64,000 nucleotides of DNA. Source: Octopus vulgaris. Its lineage: Eukaryota. The notes under the pieces were generated by a model. It did not search any database. It was not told the DNA's origin and saw nothing but the letters and a program-made list of their open reading frames with translations. Positions 13,621 to 26,189 of this stretch are shown here, piece after piece (position 1 is the first letter of the stretch; each line of letters starts with the position of its first letter). The translations under genes were made by a program, and so were the position numbers. The DNA is taken from positions 8,432,001 to 8,496,000 of the forward strand of contig OX597816.1 of NCBI GenBank assembly GCA_951406725.2, given 5' to 3'.

Positions 13621-14060
13621 CTGTTAAATTTTTGGCTAAATTTCGATCCTTTCACTCGCCCGATTTTCGCGTGGAATTAAGTACCCTGACCTCCTAATAT
13701 GCTGCAAATCCCTTATTTTTGTTCGGACAAAAGGGGTGGGGTGAGAAACCGGACCCCTCCTATATCCTGGAATTGGTACTACTAGCGAACAGTTCGAATG
13801 AATCGACCCCAGTACTTAAGCCTGGTACTTATTCTGTTAGTGTCTTTTGCCGAACAGCTAAGTTACAGGGACGTGAACGCGCCAACGCCTGTTGTCGAGC
13901 GGTAATAGGGGACACACGTGTGTGATGGACTTGTTTCTGGTTTCGTTTACCAAAATCACTCAGATGACTTAGGTCAACCCAACGCTATAGTAGAAGATAC
14001 TTGCTCAAGGTGCCACGCAGTGGGATTGAACCTGGAGCCTTGTGGTTGCCCATTTCGATA

Positions 14061-14575
14061 TATAGGGGTTGGACAAAATAATGGAAACACCTAGCATCAA
14101 AGCATCATAATTTTAAAATATCTATAAAACCGTCAAAAGCTTTTTTATTTATTATTAGTGTTGCTTAATATGTTTTGCTAAAATTGCTGTTTCTTTTCAG
14201 ATATCCTCAGAAAAAGGTAATTAAAATGACAGATCTGTCGGATTTTCAAAGAGGTCAAATTGTTGGTGCTCGTAGGGCAGGTGCTAGCGTATCGAAAACA
14301 GCCGAAATGTTTGGTGTATCAAGAAATACTGTCTCAAAAGTAATGACAACCTTTGAGAAAGAGGAAAAAACCTCCTCATTGAAACAAAACTCCAGAAGAA
14401 AAGCAAAAATTTCTGATAGGGGCCGTCGGAATTTTCTGCGAATTGTTATAAAGAGTCGCAAAAGTACAGCTCCCAAAATTACTGCGGAGCTTAATGACAA
14501 CATTGAGAAACCAGTCTCCACAAAAACTGTCCGCCAGGAGCTACACAAAGCCGAACTTCGTGAGAGGGCTGCAAA
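14061..14575 (+). mobile_element. Tc1-like transposon, 5' half (left TIR plus HTH region of transposase)
   Basis: TA + aggggttggacaaaataatggaaacacc TIR; MTDLSDFQRGQIVGARRAGASVSKTAEMFGVSRNTVSKV paired-like HTH; truncated before the DDE domain. Confidence 0.85.
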
Positions 14576-14677
14576 GCCAGATGTTACGGAAGGGCAGTGA
14601 TTGTATCTGGTTTTCTTGCTTCAGTAGTACAATCAATCTATATTGGAAAATCCCACAAGATCTTGTAATTCTCATCA

Positions 14678-14708
<31 letters not shown>

Positions 14709-14710
<2 letters not shown>

Positions 14711-16657
14711 TTTCCGACGCTGATGGACGTGTCTGCGGAGGCTCCGTGAATTTTTCACCAATTTCATAGGAAATCGTTTGATAAGTGTAAATATTTTTTA
14801 ATATTTTTGTAGCCGAGCCGATTAGCTCTTTGTAGAGCTGATTGGTTAGGCAAAAATTTTGCCCCTTTCGGGGTAAAATTACTGTTTATTACTTGAAATT
14901 TGACATTTTTTGCACACACACATTTACAAAATGGCTTTGAAACGAGCTGCTGGCTCTTCCCTCCTTGCAACAACACCCCCTACACAAGAAGAAAAAATTA
15001 CATCACAGTTAACGAACCGCCCATTTCAAGCCGTAAAAGGCAACAGAGCTCCTCTTTCCGAAACGGAAAGCACGCGTACCGTTCGAAAGGAGAATGCTAG
15101 TCAGGACGTCGCGTTCGACGTCACTCTTGATTTCCCCCTCTGCCTTCAACAAGTGATGCTGTACCGAAGGGGGAGGAAAAGAAACTTATAACAGACACAA
15201 ACACAGACAAGAACCAACAAAAAAATGTAAAAGTCTCTAACGATTTTGCTTCTGCTGCGAAGCAAATTTCGGAAGATGTAGAAATAACAATGAAGGACAT
15301 AAAAATGGCACAAGATTTGTTGAGAAAGGAGGGAAACAGTGTTTTCCTCAACACACCTCAACAACTCACACAAGAGACAAACAAAAGAACAATCTTTTAT
15401 AAAGTTTTCGAAAAGAAAACTAAAAGATTGTTTAACGCCACACCACAACAGTTAGAGATGGCTCTGAAGCCCATTTGGGGCCAGAAGAGCTATGTGACAA
15501 GAGGGAAGCGATTTGGAACCGTGGAGGTTCGCTTCCCAACAGAGGAGCTTGCAAGGGCGAACGCCATTTCGCCCTTGCAAAATGAACATTTGTTCCTCGT
15601 CCCGACGTACCTCGGGCATAAGGTACAAAAAATAACTATTAACACAATACCCCCCGAACAGAAAATCTCATGGCTAGTGGTGGCTGTCCTCTATGGCATA
15701 GAGGACACTGCCACTATTCTGAATGTTCGGAGGGTACGAGAAAAGAACTGGTCAGGCATGGGTATTCAACTGCTGGTACAGATCCAGCAGGAAAACATCA
15801 ATGCCATACCTGACTTACTGGATGGGACCAGGCTAAATGTTACTGTAGAGGGGCGAAAGCCAAAATGTTTCCTCTGCAGTAGCGAAAGCCACCTGAAAAG
15901 GGACTGCCCCATTCAGAAAAAGATAATGGAGGAGTATAGCAAGAGGCAGCAACAACAACAAAAACAGCACGAAATACCAAAGGCTGCCACACCACCAACA
16001 CCATCACCAACACCAGCACCAAGACGAACAACACCACCTCCAACAACAAGAACCACCACCAAACCAACACCGACACCAGTACCTCGAAGATCAACTGCAG
16101 CAACATCAACAGCAACAGGAGCAGCGGCACCACCGATACCGGCGGAACCAAAAACCTTTCGTCCTGCTACTGAAGCAGACCCTCAACCATTCCTTTGCCG
16201 GATGAAGAGATCTCGGATTGTGCGAGCTCTGATTCCAACAAAGGAGAATGGAACATAGTGCCTCCAAAGAAGAAAAGGAGGAAAAAACAAAAAGATTTAC
16301 AGGGGAAGCACGAACAAATAGTACTTCCCAACATCAACAACAACACACATTCACAACAACAAACAACAACAACAACAACACTTTCGACACCACTACTGCC
16401 ACTGCCACAGACACAAACAAACACAGACACAATTACACACACAATTACAGCAATAAATACAAAAAACCAAGAACTGGTTGAGTATTTGAAAGACAAAACA
16501 AGCAGTTTTGGGAGTTTTTCATTGTTTTATTATAATTATTGTTAATGTATTTTTACACGGATTTTTTAACAAACGGACAAAACCCTTTGTAACCTTTCGT
16601 CCTGTCTTGTCCCTTTATGTAATCATGCGTGTCAGCCCTTGTGGCCAATAAAAAAGA
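14709..16657 (+). mobile_element. Tx1/L1-clade LINE copy A, ORF1-only internally deleted element
   Basis: 5' UTR and ORF1 (CFLCSSESHLKRDC zinc knuckle) homologous to copy B; joins the 3' UTR at about 16504; AATAAA and A-rich tail. Confidence 0.85.
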
Positions 16658-16903
16658 ATTGATTATTATTATTATTATTATTATACTCCGACACGACGGA
16701 CGTACGTGAATCAGCTCTGTGAGTTTTGTGCCAATTTTATTGGAAATTTGTTAATAAGTTTGAATATTTTTTAATATTTTTGTAGCCAAACCAACCGGCT
16801 TCTTGCGGAGCTCGTCGGTTGGGCGAAATTTTGCCCCATTCGGGGTGAAATTACTGTTTATTACATTGAAATTGACATTTTTTTGCACACACACATTTAC
16901 AAA

Positions 16904-18584
16904 ATGGCTTTAAAACGAGCTGCTGGCTCTTCCCTCCTTCTTACAACACCCCCTCCACAAGAAGAAAAAATTGCGTCACAGATTACGAACAACCCACTTC
17001 GCGCCGTTAAAGGCAACAGAGCTCCTCCTTCCGAAACGGAAAGCACGCGCACCGTTCGAAAGGAGAATGCTAGTCAGGACGTCGCGTTCGACGTCACTCA
17101 TGATTTCCCCCCTCTGCCTTCAACAAGTGATGCTGTACCGAAGGGGGAGGAGAGGAGGGTTATAACGGACACAAACACAGACAAGAACAAAGAAAAAAAT
17201 TAAAAAACTTCCAACAATTTTGCTTCTGCTGCGAAGCAAATTTCGGAGGAAGTTAAGATAACTCTAGAAGATGTGAAAAGAGCTAAGGAGTTGTTGAGGA
17301 AGGATGGCAACGGCATCTTCCTCAATACTCCACAAGAGGTGATTGAAAGCACAAACAAGAAAACAATCATATACAAAGTTTTCGATAGAAAACTAAAAAG
17401 AATGACAAATGCCACACCCCAACAGTTAGAGATAGCTCTAAAGCCCATTTGGGCCCAAAAGAGCTACGTAACCAAGGGGAAGCGTTTCGGAACCGTGGAG
17501 GTTCGCTTCCCAACAGAGGAGCTTGCAAGGGCGAACGCCATTTCGCCCTTGCAAACTGAGAATTTGTTACTAATTCCGACCCACCTCGGGCGAAGAGTAA
17601 CAAAAATAAAAATCAACCTCGCCCCACCTGAGCTAGATATGTCATGGCTGGTGGCAGCTGTCCTCTATGATATAGAGGACACTACCACCATTCTAGATGT
17701 CAGGAGAGTGAGGGCGAAAAACTGGTTGGGGATGGGAGTGCTGCTTCTTGCGCAAATTCAGCAAGAAAATATCAGTTAAGTCCCTGATTTCGTAAGTTTG
17801 CCGGACGGCACCAGGCTAAACGTTGCTGTGGAGGGGCGAAAGCCAAAATGTTTCCTCTGCAGCAGCGAAAGCCACTTAAAGAGGGACTGCCCCATTCACA
17901 AAAAGAGGATGGAGGCTTTCAGCAAGAGGCAGCAGCAACAACAACAAAAACAGCAAGAAACACCAAAGGCTGCCACACCACCAACACCAGCACCAAGACG
18001 AACAACACCACCTCCAACAACAACAACCAACACCAACACCAGTACCTCGAAGATCAACTGCAGCAACATCAACAGCAACAGGAGCAGCGGCACCACCGAT
18101 ACCGGCGGAACCAAAAACCTTTCGTCCTGCTACTGAAGCAGACCCCTCAACCATTCCTTTGCCGGATGAAGAGATCTCGGATTGTGCGAGCTCTGATTCC
18201 AACAAAGGAGAATGGAACATAGTGCCTCCAAAGAAGAAAAGGAGGAAAAAACAAAAAGATTTACAGGGGAAGCACGAACAAATAGTATTTCCCAACATCA
18301 ACAACAACACACATTCACAACAACAAACAACACTTTCGACACCACTACTGCCACTGCCACAGACACAAACAAACACAGACACAATTACAGCGATAAATAC
18401 AAAAAACCAAGAACTGGTTGAGTATTTGAAAAACAAAACAAGCACAAACATTACAGATTTCATAATACCTACACACAACACACCACCAGCACACATTCTC
18501 ACAATAAAAATAAACAATACAGTATACAATGAAATTAAACAAATATTCCCTAACGATGGGATCGTTAGGGAAAAGTTTCTCTAA
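16904..18584 (+). pseudogene. LINE ORF1 (CCHC nucleic-acid-binding protein), frameshifted with an internal stop
   Basis: MALKRAAG start; frameshift near 17200, TAA at 17777, further shifts at 18030-18150; CX2CX4HX4C motif. Confidence 0.8.
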
Positions 18585-18702
18585 GAAACTTTATAAAAAT
18601 ATTGTTGAAGCACCCGTGCAAAAGCACAAGGGAGCCACCCCCACCACCAACAACAGTAAGTAGAGCCTTTTTTCTCCTTTTTTTTTTCCTAACTTTTGAA
18701 AC

Positions 18703-21700
18703 ATGGCAAATCTTAGAATCGGTTGCTTGAATGTGAGAGGCCTCGGGTCACCTTGGAAACAGGGTCACCTGTTAAACGACCTGAGGTTTCATGATGTGGA
18801 TGTAGCAGCCATCAGTGAAACCAGGCTCTCCGACCCGCAGGAACTCGCAGCCCTTTTCGGCGGATACGAGATATTTCTATCTCCGTGTCGGCCGGGAGCG
18901 GGCGGTGGTGGTACTGCGGTGTTGTTTCAGAAGGGCCTGGACCTGAAAATAAGGACAGTCTTCTTGGATCCGGAAGGTAAGTTGGTGGTCCTCGACGTGG
19001 ACGGTAGTGACGGCGGTGCTTTCAGACTGCTGGCTGCCTACACTCCAACAGGAGCAGGGCAGTCAGATTATTTCAAACGTCTGGAAGTTTTCCTGGGAAC
19101 GTCACGCACTCTAGTGCTAGTTGGGGATTGGAACGCTGTCTTAGACGAACGTTTCGATCGGGTGGGCAGGGGAGCGTCTGATAGGAGAGGGGGAGGGTGC
19201 AAGAGCCTCGCCAACCTACTCGGCCGCTTTCAGCTGTCCGACAGGTTTCGACTAGACAACCCGAATGTGCCAATGTGGACTTGGACAAACCGCACCGGGT
19301 CGTCTAGATCGTACTTAGAGTGTTTTGTAGGCCAGCGGATAAGGACAGCGTAGGGTGTCCACAATTCCACCTAGTCGAATATACAGACCACAAATTAGTG
19401 ATCTGTACGGTCGACTTAGATAGGCTACATAGACAGGGACCCGGTTACTGGAAGCTGAACGCGTCATTAATGGCGTGCAAAGCTTACAGAGACCGGATTA
19501 GTTTACTAGTTAAGCGGGCGCTCACGGGGGCAATCATCAACAACAACTGGTGGTTTGCCCTCAAGAGAGCAATTAGAGTAGAGTCGATTAGGTATAGTAA
19601 GACTCTAGCTATTGAACGTAGGAAGAGAGAGCGGGATTTAGTTAAGAAACTAGACGAGGCTCTTGACACTGGCATCGCGACCGACGTGTTGGCGGCAAAG
19701 TTGGACCTCGACCAACACTTCGATGCCAAACACGAAGGTTGCGTTGTCAGAGCTAAGGCACGTTCGCTAAGCGGGGAAGGGACTAGAGCCGCTCGATGGG
19801 CCCGCGTGGCGGAGGCGAAGCGAGGCAACAGAGCAACCATTCGGTCTTTGGTGGACCAGAACGGGCGCGAGGTTACCGAACCGAAGCAGATGTGTACGGT
19901 GCTTCAGCGGCACTTTGCTCAACTGTTTGGGACGAGCGGTGGAACGGACAATGGTGCAGACTTCGGTGTGTACCTGGACGGCCTACCGCAACTCTCGGAC
20001 AGCGAGGCAGAGTGCTGCGAAGGACCGATATCTGCCTGGGAAGTACAGGAAGCGATGAAGAGTTGCACGAGAGGTAGATCGCCGGGTTTGGATGGTCTGC
20101 CCTACGAGCTTTACTTTTCAATGCCAGACTTGTTTGCGGACCTGTTGGCAAACGTCTACTGCAACTGGCAGCAAAACGGGAGAATTCCTGCTTTTGTCTG
20201 TCGAGGGGTGGTGGCTTTGCTAAAGAAGGACCCAAACAAGGGGGACGTTATAGGGAATTTCCGGCCCATCACTCTCCTCAATGCAGAGTTGAAGATTTTG
20301 GCCAAGGTGCTAGCCAAGAGATTGGCGCTTGTCGTGGACAAGCTGGTCGGCAAGATGCAGACATGCGCCATGCCGACCAGGTCGATACACGACAACCTCC
20401 ATCTCATGCGCTACAGCATAGAGAGGGTGGGTAACGACGCTGGCGCGGGTGGGGCTTTGATCAACTTGGATCAGAGTAAAGCCTTCGATAGGGTCGACCA
20501 TCGGTACCTGGCGGCTGTCCTCAAGGCAGCCGGTTTCGGTCCAGTTTTCCGCGGGTGGATAGCTGCTCTATACAGCAACATCTGCTCGGTGATACGGGTG
20601 AACGGTCACCTTTCGGAACCGTTCGACATCTCGCGTTCGGTCCGCCAAGGATGCCCTCTCTCCTCCCTTTTGTACATTTTGACTCTCGAGCCATTACTGC
20701 GCAAGTTGGAGGCTTTGAGGGGTATCCCGCGCGATCTAGGAGGCGGAAACAGCGTGTCTGCTTATGCCGACGACGTCACCGTGGTGGTGTCGAGCCACAG
20801 GCACATTGGCCTGATTGGCGAGACGCTAAACCAGTACGAAGCGGTGACAGGGGCAAAGATTAACGCGGAAAAGTCTGTGGGCTTGCAACTGGGCACCTGG
20901 AGAGGCAAGCCCATGCCGTCCAACAGCGTTGTAGGGCGCTGGACAGACGGACCCGTTAAACTGCTCGGGGTCTGGTTCGGTCCGGACCTCCAGGTGAATA
21001 AAAACTGGGAAGAGGTGACGAGCAGGGTGGCACATCTCACCCAGAAATGGGCTGAGAGGAAGCTGTCCCTGAAAGGTCAAGCGGAGGTGGCGAATGCGTA
21101 CATCGCATCCATCATCTACTTGTCCCGACCACTGGTTGGCCAAGCTGGTACGCCTGCTCTTCGACTTTTTGTGGAAGGGTCAGGTGCCACTGGTCAGGCG
21201 ATCCATCTGCTGTCAACGATCGCTGAACGGAGGCCTTGGAATGCCGTGGTTGCTGATGCGCTCAGGCTGCGACATCTCAAGCGTTTCCTAGACGGTGAAC
21301 AGGTGTGGTCGTCTTTTGTCAGACGCGACTTTCCGCAGCTCGTCTCTTTGACAGAGCTGCAGACCTGGATCAAGCGTAGACCGAGAAAGGGCACTTGGGA
21401 CCTCGAGTGTCGTCAGGCTCTCTCCGCCCTCCGCCAAGCGGGCAATGCGATCGGTTTCAGCTCCACTCTAGCGTTCTATAGAGGGTTAGTGGAGGAAAAA
21501 TGCGATGACGTTCTCGGGGAAACTCTAGGCATTGAAGATAACGAACTGAGCGGTCTGTTCGGAAGGACTTTCGGGCCGGGGCCGATGGATAATTTCCAGA
21601 GGTCGCTCGCCTGGCAGTGCTACCGAGGGGCTCTGCCTGTTCGGGATAAACTCTACCGGCACGGAAGTGCCGTCAGCCGGGCCTGTCCGAGGTGTTGCCA

Positions 21701-22100
21701 GGACGACGAAACCATTCTGCATGCACTCGTCCAGTGCCCGAGTATTGCTGAACTATGGGTTTATGTCGAACAGCTACTGTCATGTGTAGGACGGATCCGA
21801 CTATCGGCCGAATCCATAGTGAAGATTGCCCCGCCGACCTCCTTTAAGAAGGAGGGCGAGGCCGTTTTCTTGTGCCTAGTGGCTGTGGCGAAAGAGGTGG
21901 TATGGTGGACCCATTTGAAAGGGCTAAAGTCAGACACTTTCCGCTTTGGTCAAGGCCTCATCAACTTTTTCAAGTTTCACTTGAAAAGGAAGATGAGGTT
22001 AGAGAGGAGAGTGCTGTCCGATAGCAAGTTTTATGAAAGGTGGGTGAATTGTGCGAGACTGGCCAGTATAAATGGACCAGTTCTCAGGTTTCGCCTGTGA
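18703..22100 (+). pseudogene. LINE ORF2 (APE endonuclease + reverse transcriptase + zf-RVT)
   Basis: CLNVRGL, ISET, GDWNA, TDH (APE); GPGYWKLN, SPGLDGLP, FRPITLLN, KAFDRV, RQGCPLS, YADD (RT); CPRC...ETILHALVQC; frameshift near 19320 and a compensated pair at about 21120/21260. Confidence 0.92.
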
Positions 22101-22391
22101 TTCAAAAAGGTAATATAAAAGGAGAAAAGGGGCCCTCTACCCCACTTTTTTGACTAGGCTCCCATTGGCTTTTATGGGTTTTTTTCCACCAGGAACCTTT
22201 CGTAACGCCTCCCCCTTTTGGGAGTTTTTCGTTGTTAAATATTTTCATTGTTACACTGTTGTTTACACGGATTTTTCAAAAACGGACAAAACCCTTTGTA
22301 ACCTTTCGTCCTGTTTTGTCCCTTTATGTTTACCAATCATGTGTGTCAGCCCTTGTGGCCAATAAAAAGAATAAATTAGTATTATTATTAT

Positions 22392-22908
22392 TCTTTCTTT
22401 CCAAGACGACTTACGTGTGTAAAGTGGCTCAGTAAGTTTTGTGCCAATTTGATTGGAAATTTCTCTAAAAGTTTTTACATTTTTTGATATTTGTGTGGCC
22501 AAGCCAACTAACTTCTAGCGGAGCTAGTTGGCTCGGCAAAATTTTACCCCATTGGGGGTAAAATTACGTTTTGAAATTTGAACATTTTGAAAATTATACA
22601 CATACATTTCAACAAACATGGCTATGAAGTGAGCAGTCGGCTGTTCCTTTCTCCCAACACCACACCCTCCGCAAACACACACATTGTCAAAAACGTTTCC
22701 AAACCGCCCACTTCTCGCCATAAAAGGCAACAAAGATCCTCCTTCCGAAGCTGAAAGCACGTGCACCGTTCGAAAGGAGAAAGAAAACCAGGACGTCACT
22801 TTCGACGTCATTGAAGATTTCCCTCCTCTTCCCTCCACCAATGCTCCGGTACCGGAGAGGGAGGAAGGGAAAGCTATGACTAACATAGACACAAGCATGA
22901 ACAAAAGA
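22392..22908 (+). mobile_element. Tx1/L1-clade LINE copy C (5' UTR plus start of ORF1, 3'-truncated)
   Basis: Diverged homolog of the A/B 5' ends (KGNKDPPSEAESTCTVRKE..DVTFDV..DFPPLPST); preceded by (ATT)n. Confidence 0.8.
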
Positions 22909-24754
22909 AATGTCATCTTAAAAACGTGTCTTCCGAGGAGAGAGATGTTTATTTAGATAACTTAGAAGTGTCTAATTATAAGCAACATTACATAAACAAC
23001 AAACTTTCTAATTTCAAGATCTAATTATGCTTAAAAACCAGCAGAAATAATGGTGTTATGTAGTTCCACCTCTGACAATATTTTCTCCTTTCTTCTCTTT
23101 CACCATCTTCGCATTCTGGAGAATATTGTTTTGCGGTATTTGCCTTGCTTTCCACATTCCATCTTTCTATCTTTTACTTGCTTCCACCATTAGGCCGTGG
23201 CCATGCTGGGGTACTACCTCGAAGAATTTTTAGTCGAACGAATCGATCCCAGTACTTAAGCCTGGTACTTATTCTGTTAGTGACTTTTGCCGAACAGCTA
23301 AGTTACGGGACGTAAACGCACCAACGCCGGTTGTCGAGCGGTAATAGGGGACACACTTGTGTGTGATGGGCTTGGTTCTGTTTTCGTTTACCAAAATCAC
23401 TCACAAGACTTTGGTCAACCCAACGCTATAGTAGAAGATACTTGATCAAGGTGCCACGCGGTGGGATTGAACCTGGAGCCATGTGATTGCCCATTTCGAT
23501 ATAAGTGTTTATTTTATTGAACCTGAAAAGATTAACTGCTAAGTTGATTCTGATTAGATTAGATTAGAATAGAATTCAGAGCACAAAGGAATTAGAGGAA
23601 AAGGTATGGTACATGAAACTAAAATCTTTCTAAAACTAAAACGTTATTGATTAAAATTTTTTTTTTTTTGACCTTTCAGAATTGTCTATTTTGGTCAACT
23701 AGGATCACATTTGAAATACAAATATGAGATCTCGTTCAAGGTAAGTACAGCTTGAAAAGCTTTATTTCCTCCTGTGTGTTTTTGGTTCAGTGCATGAGTT
23801 AGGGTTCCTTAATTGATTTACCTCTTTCTGTACTTTTTATGTGGAACCAGCACCAGTGCTTTTTAATAATTTATGTATGTTATATTTTGTATTTGTAGTG
23901 TCATAAAAAAATGATTCATTGTAAAAGACTTCTATTTTGTGCAGTACAGTCAACTTCTCATGCAACAACGCATTAACATCCCCACATCTCTGTTCTGGAA
24001 CAAAATCATTACAGGATTGAGGTTTTTTAACTTTAAAATCTTCAACAAGATCTTAAGAGTTAATAAATCTCAGGGAATCATTTTAATTTCAGTTTGAGGA
24101 GGTGAGCATTGTCCATAGCCACTGTGGGCTCTCCCAAACTGGAAAGCTCCATTGGGTGTCTCCAGAGAAGATGTTATGGAGTAGTTTATTTCCAAGAATA
24201 GAAGATTAGGCAAAGCGTTTAGTGTGAGATTTCCAAGCAAGACACTGTGTGAGAGTTAACTGTACTTGTATTGTAGTGATACACAGCTTGCTAGTGTTAT
24301 ACAAGCAGTAGAAGCAACAGAGTTCACTCTGCATTGAATGGAAGTCTGATCACTGCTGTGTGTCAGAGGAGGAAGGTTTGCTAATTACTTAGATTCTCAG
24401 CAATTAAAGGAGGTCACAATCATCATCATTTAACATCCATTTTCCATGCTGACATCGGTTGGAAGGTTTGACAGGGGCCAATAAGCCAGGGGCAACGTCT
24501 GATACCTGTCTGGTTTGGCATGTTTTTTGTGGCTGGATGTCCTTCCTAACACCACCACTTTGCAGTGTGGACTGAGTGCTTTTACGTAGCACTGCACGGT
24601 AGCATAGTTTCAGTGGCTGGATTTTTATATTTTTATGATTCTATAGACCTTGGTGCAAGTTGACTGGGAACCAGAGGCCCACCAAAATTGTTACCAATTG
24701 GACCCTGCACCTCCTAAGGCTGACCCTGTACATATATATATATATATATATATA

Positions 24755-25230
24755 AGGTCATTGTACAGGACAAGGTGACCAACACTGATGTCCTAACTCA
24801 TGCTGGCCTCTCTTCCATATACACCTTGCTGAGACAATGTTGACTACACTGGCTAGGCCATGTTTGTTGTATGGAGGACAGCCGAATCTCAAAAGACATT
24901 TTCTATGGAGAACTCGCAGCAGGACAGAGGAACAAGGGCTGCCTGCAGCTGAGGTGCAAGGACGCGTGCAGCAGTGGGCTGCACCAGGTGGAAAAGTACA
25001 CTTCTCAAACAGCTACGGATCGGTGAAGAGAGGCTGTTAGCTGCAGAAAAGCGAGCCCAATGTAACGGATCGACAGACCAGAATCCACGCACAGATGCGA
25101 CCGAGACTGTCATTCTTGTATTGGTCTCCATAGCCACAGGAGGCGCTGCTCAAGCCAAGCGACCTGACCTAGACAATAAATGGACAGACGTGATACCTAT
25201 GGTCAGCCATGACCGAAGGTGGCCTGAGAT
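24755..25230 (+). mobile_element. RTE (BovB-like) LINE 3' fragment
   Basis: DKVTNTDVL...WLGHV..MEDSRISKDI.YGEL; paralog at 49240-49745. Confidence 0.75.
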
Positions 25231-26189
25231 ACATAATATATAGCAATCTACAGGATCAATATATTAGCTATCCATGCATATTGATGCATTAATATATTAT
25301 TAAACAACTGCAGATTAACCAAAGATAAATATTTTCTGCTGAAACTTAACATCATATTGATAAGGATTTATTTTACGGACAAGGTGTAGGAGTGGCTGTG
25401 TGGTAAGTAGCTTGCTAACCAACCACATGGTTCCGGGTTCAGTCCCACTGTGTGGCATCTTGGGCAAGTGTCTTCTGCTATAGTCCCGGGCCGACCAAAG
25501 CCTTGTGAGTGGATTTGGTAGACAGAAACTGAAAGAAGCCTGTCGTATATATGTATATATATATATATATATATATGGCGGTGCCCCAGCATGGCCACAG
25601 CTTGAGCTGAAACTAGATGAAAAAAAAAAAATATATATATATATGTATGTGTGTGTGTTTGTGTGTCTGTGTTTGTCCCCCTAGCATTGCTTGACAACCG
25701 ATGCTGGTGTGTTTACGTCCCCATCACTTAGCGGTTCGGCAAAAGAGACCGATAGAATAAGTACTGGGCCTACAAAGAATAAGTCCCGGGGTCAATTTGC
25801 TCGACTAAAGGCGGTGCTCCAGCATGGCCGCAGTCAAATGACTGAAACGAGTAAAAGAGTAAGTGTGATATAATTTGTTTAAATAATTTTCTTCCGACAG
25901 GAACAAGAAGAAGCAACAAATGTCATCTTCAAGATCAGACGTGGACCTGGATCCAGCATCGGATGATGATGTATGTTAATTTATATATTTTTATTCTTGT
26001 GAGCATATTGCATATTCGTTATCTGATAATAGTATTTTAAAATCAAAAATTCAAAAATCAAAATCGATCAACATGAATGGAAATTGCAGCTGAGACACCA
26101 GTGCTGGTGGCACATAAGAGAACCATCCGAACGTGGCCGTTGCCAGTGCCGCCCTGACTGGCTTCCGTGCCTGTGGCACGTAACAAACA

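Larger units (their letters stand above)
16685..22375 (+). mobile_element. Tx1/L1-clade LINE copy B, full length but disrupted
   Basis: 5' UTR, ORF1 with CCHC knuckle, ORF2 APE-RT-zinc finger, 3' UTR with AATAAA; flanked by (ATT)n. Confidence 0.92.

Noticed and set aside
17876-18529. 217-aa antisense ORF (and similar ones at 15840-16496 and 55341-55727)
   Set aside because: Antisense shadow of low-complexity ACA/CCA-rich coding sequence.
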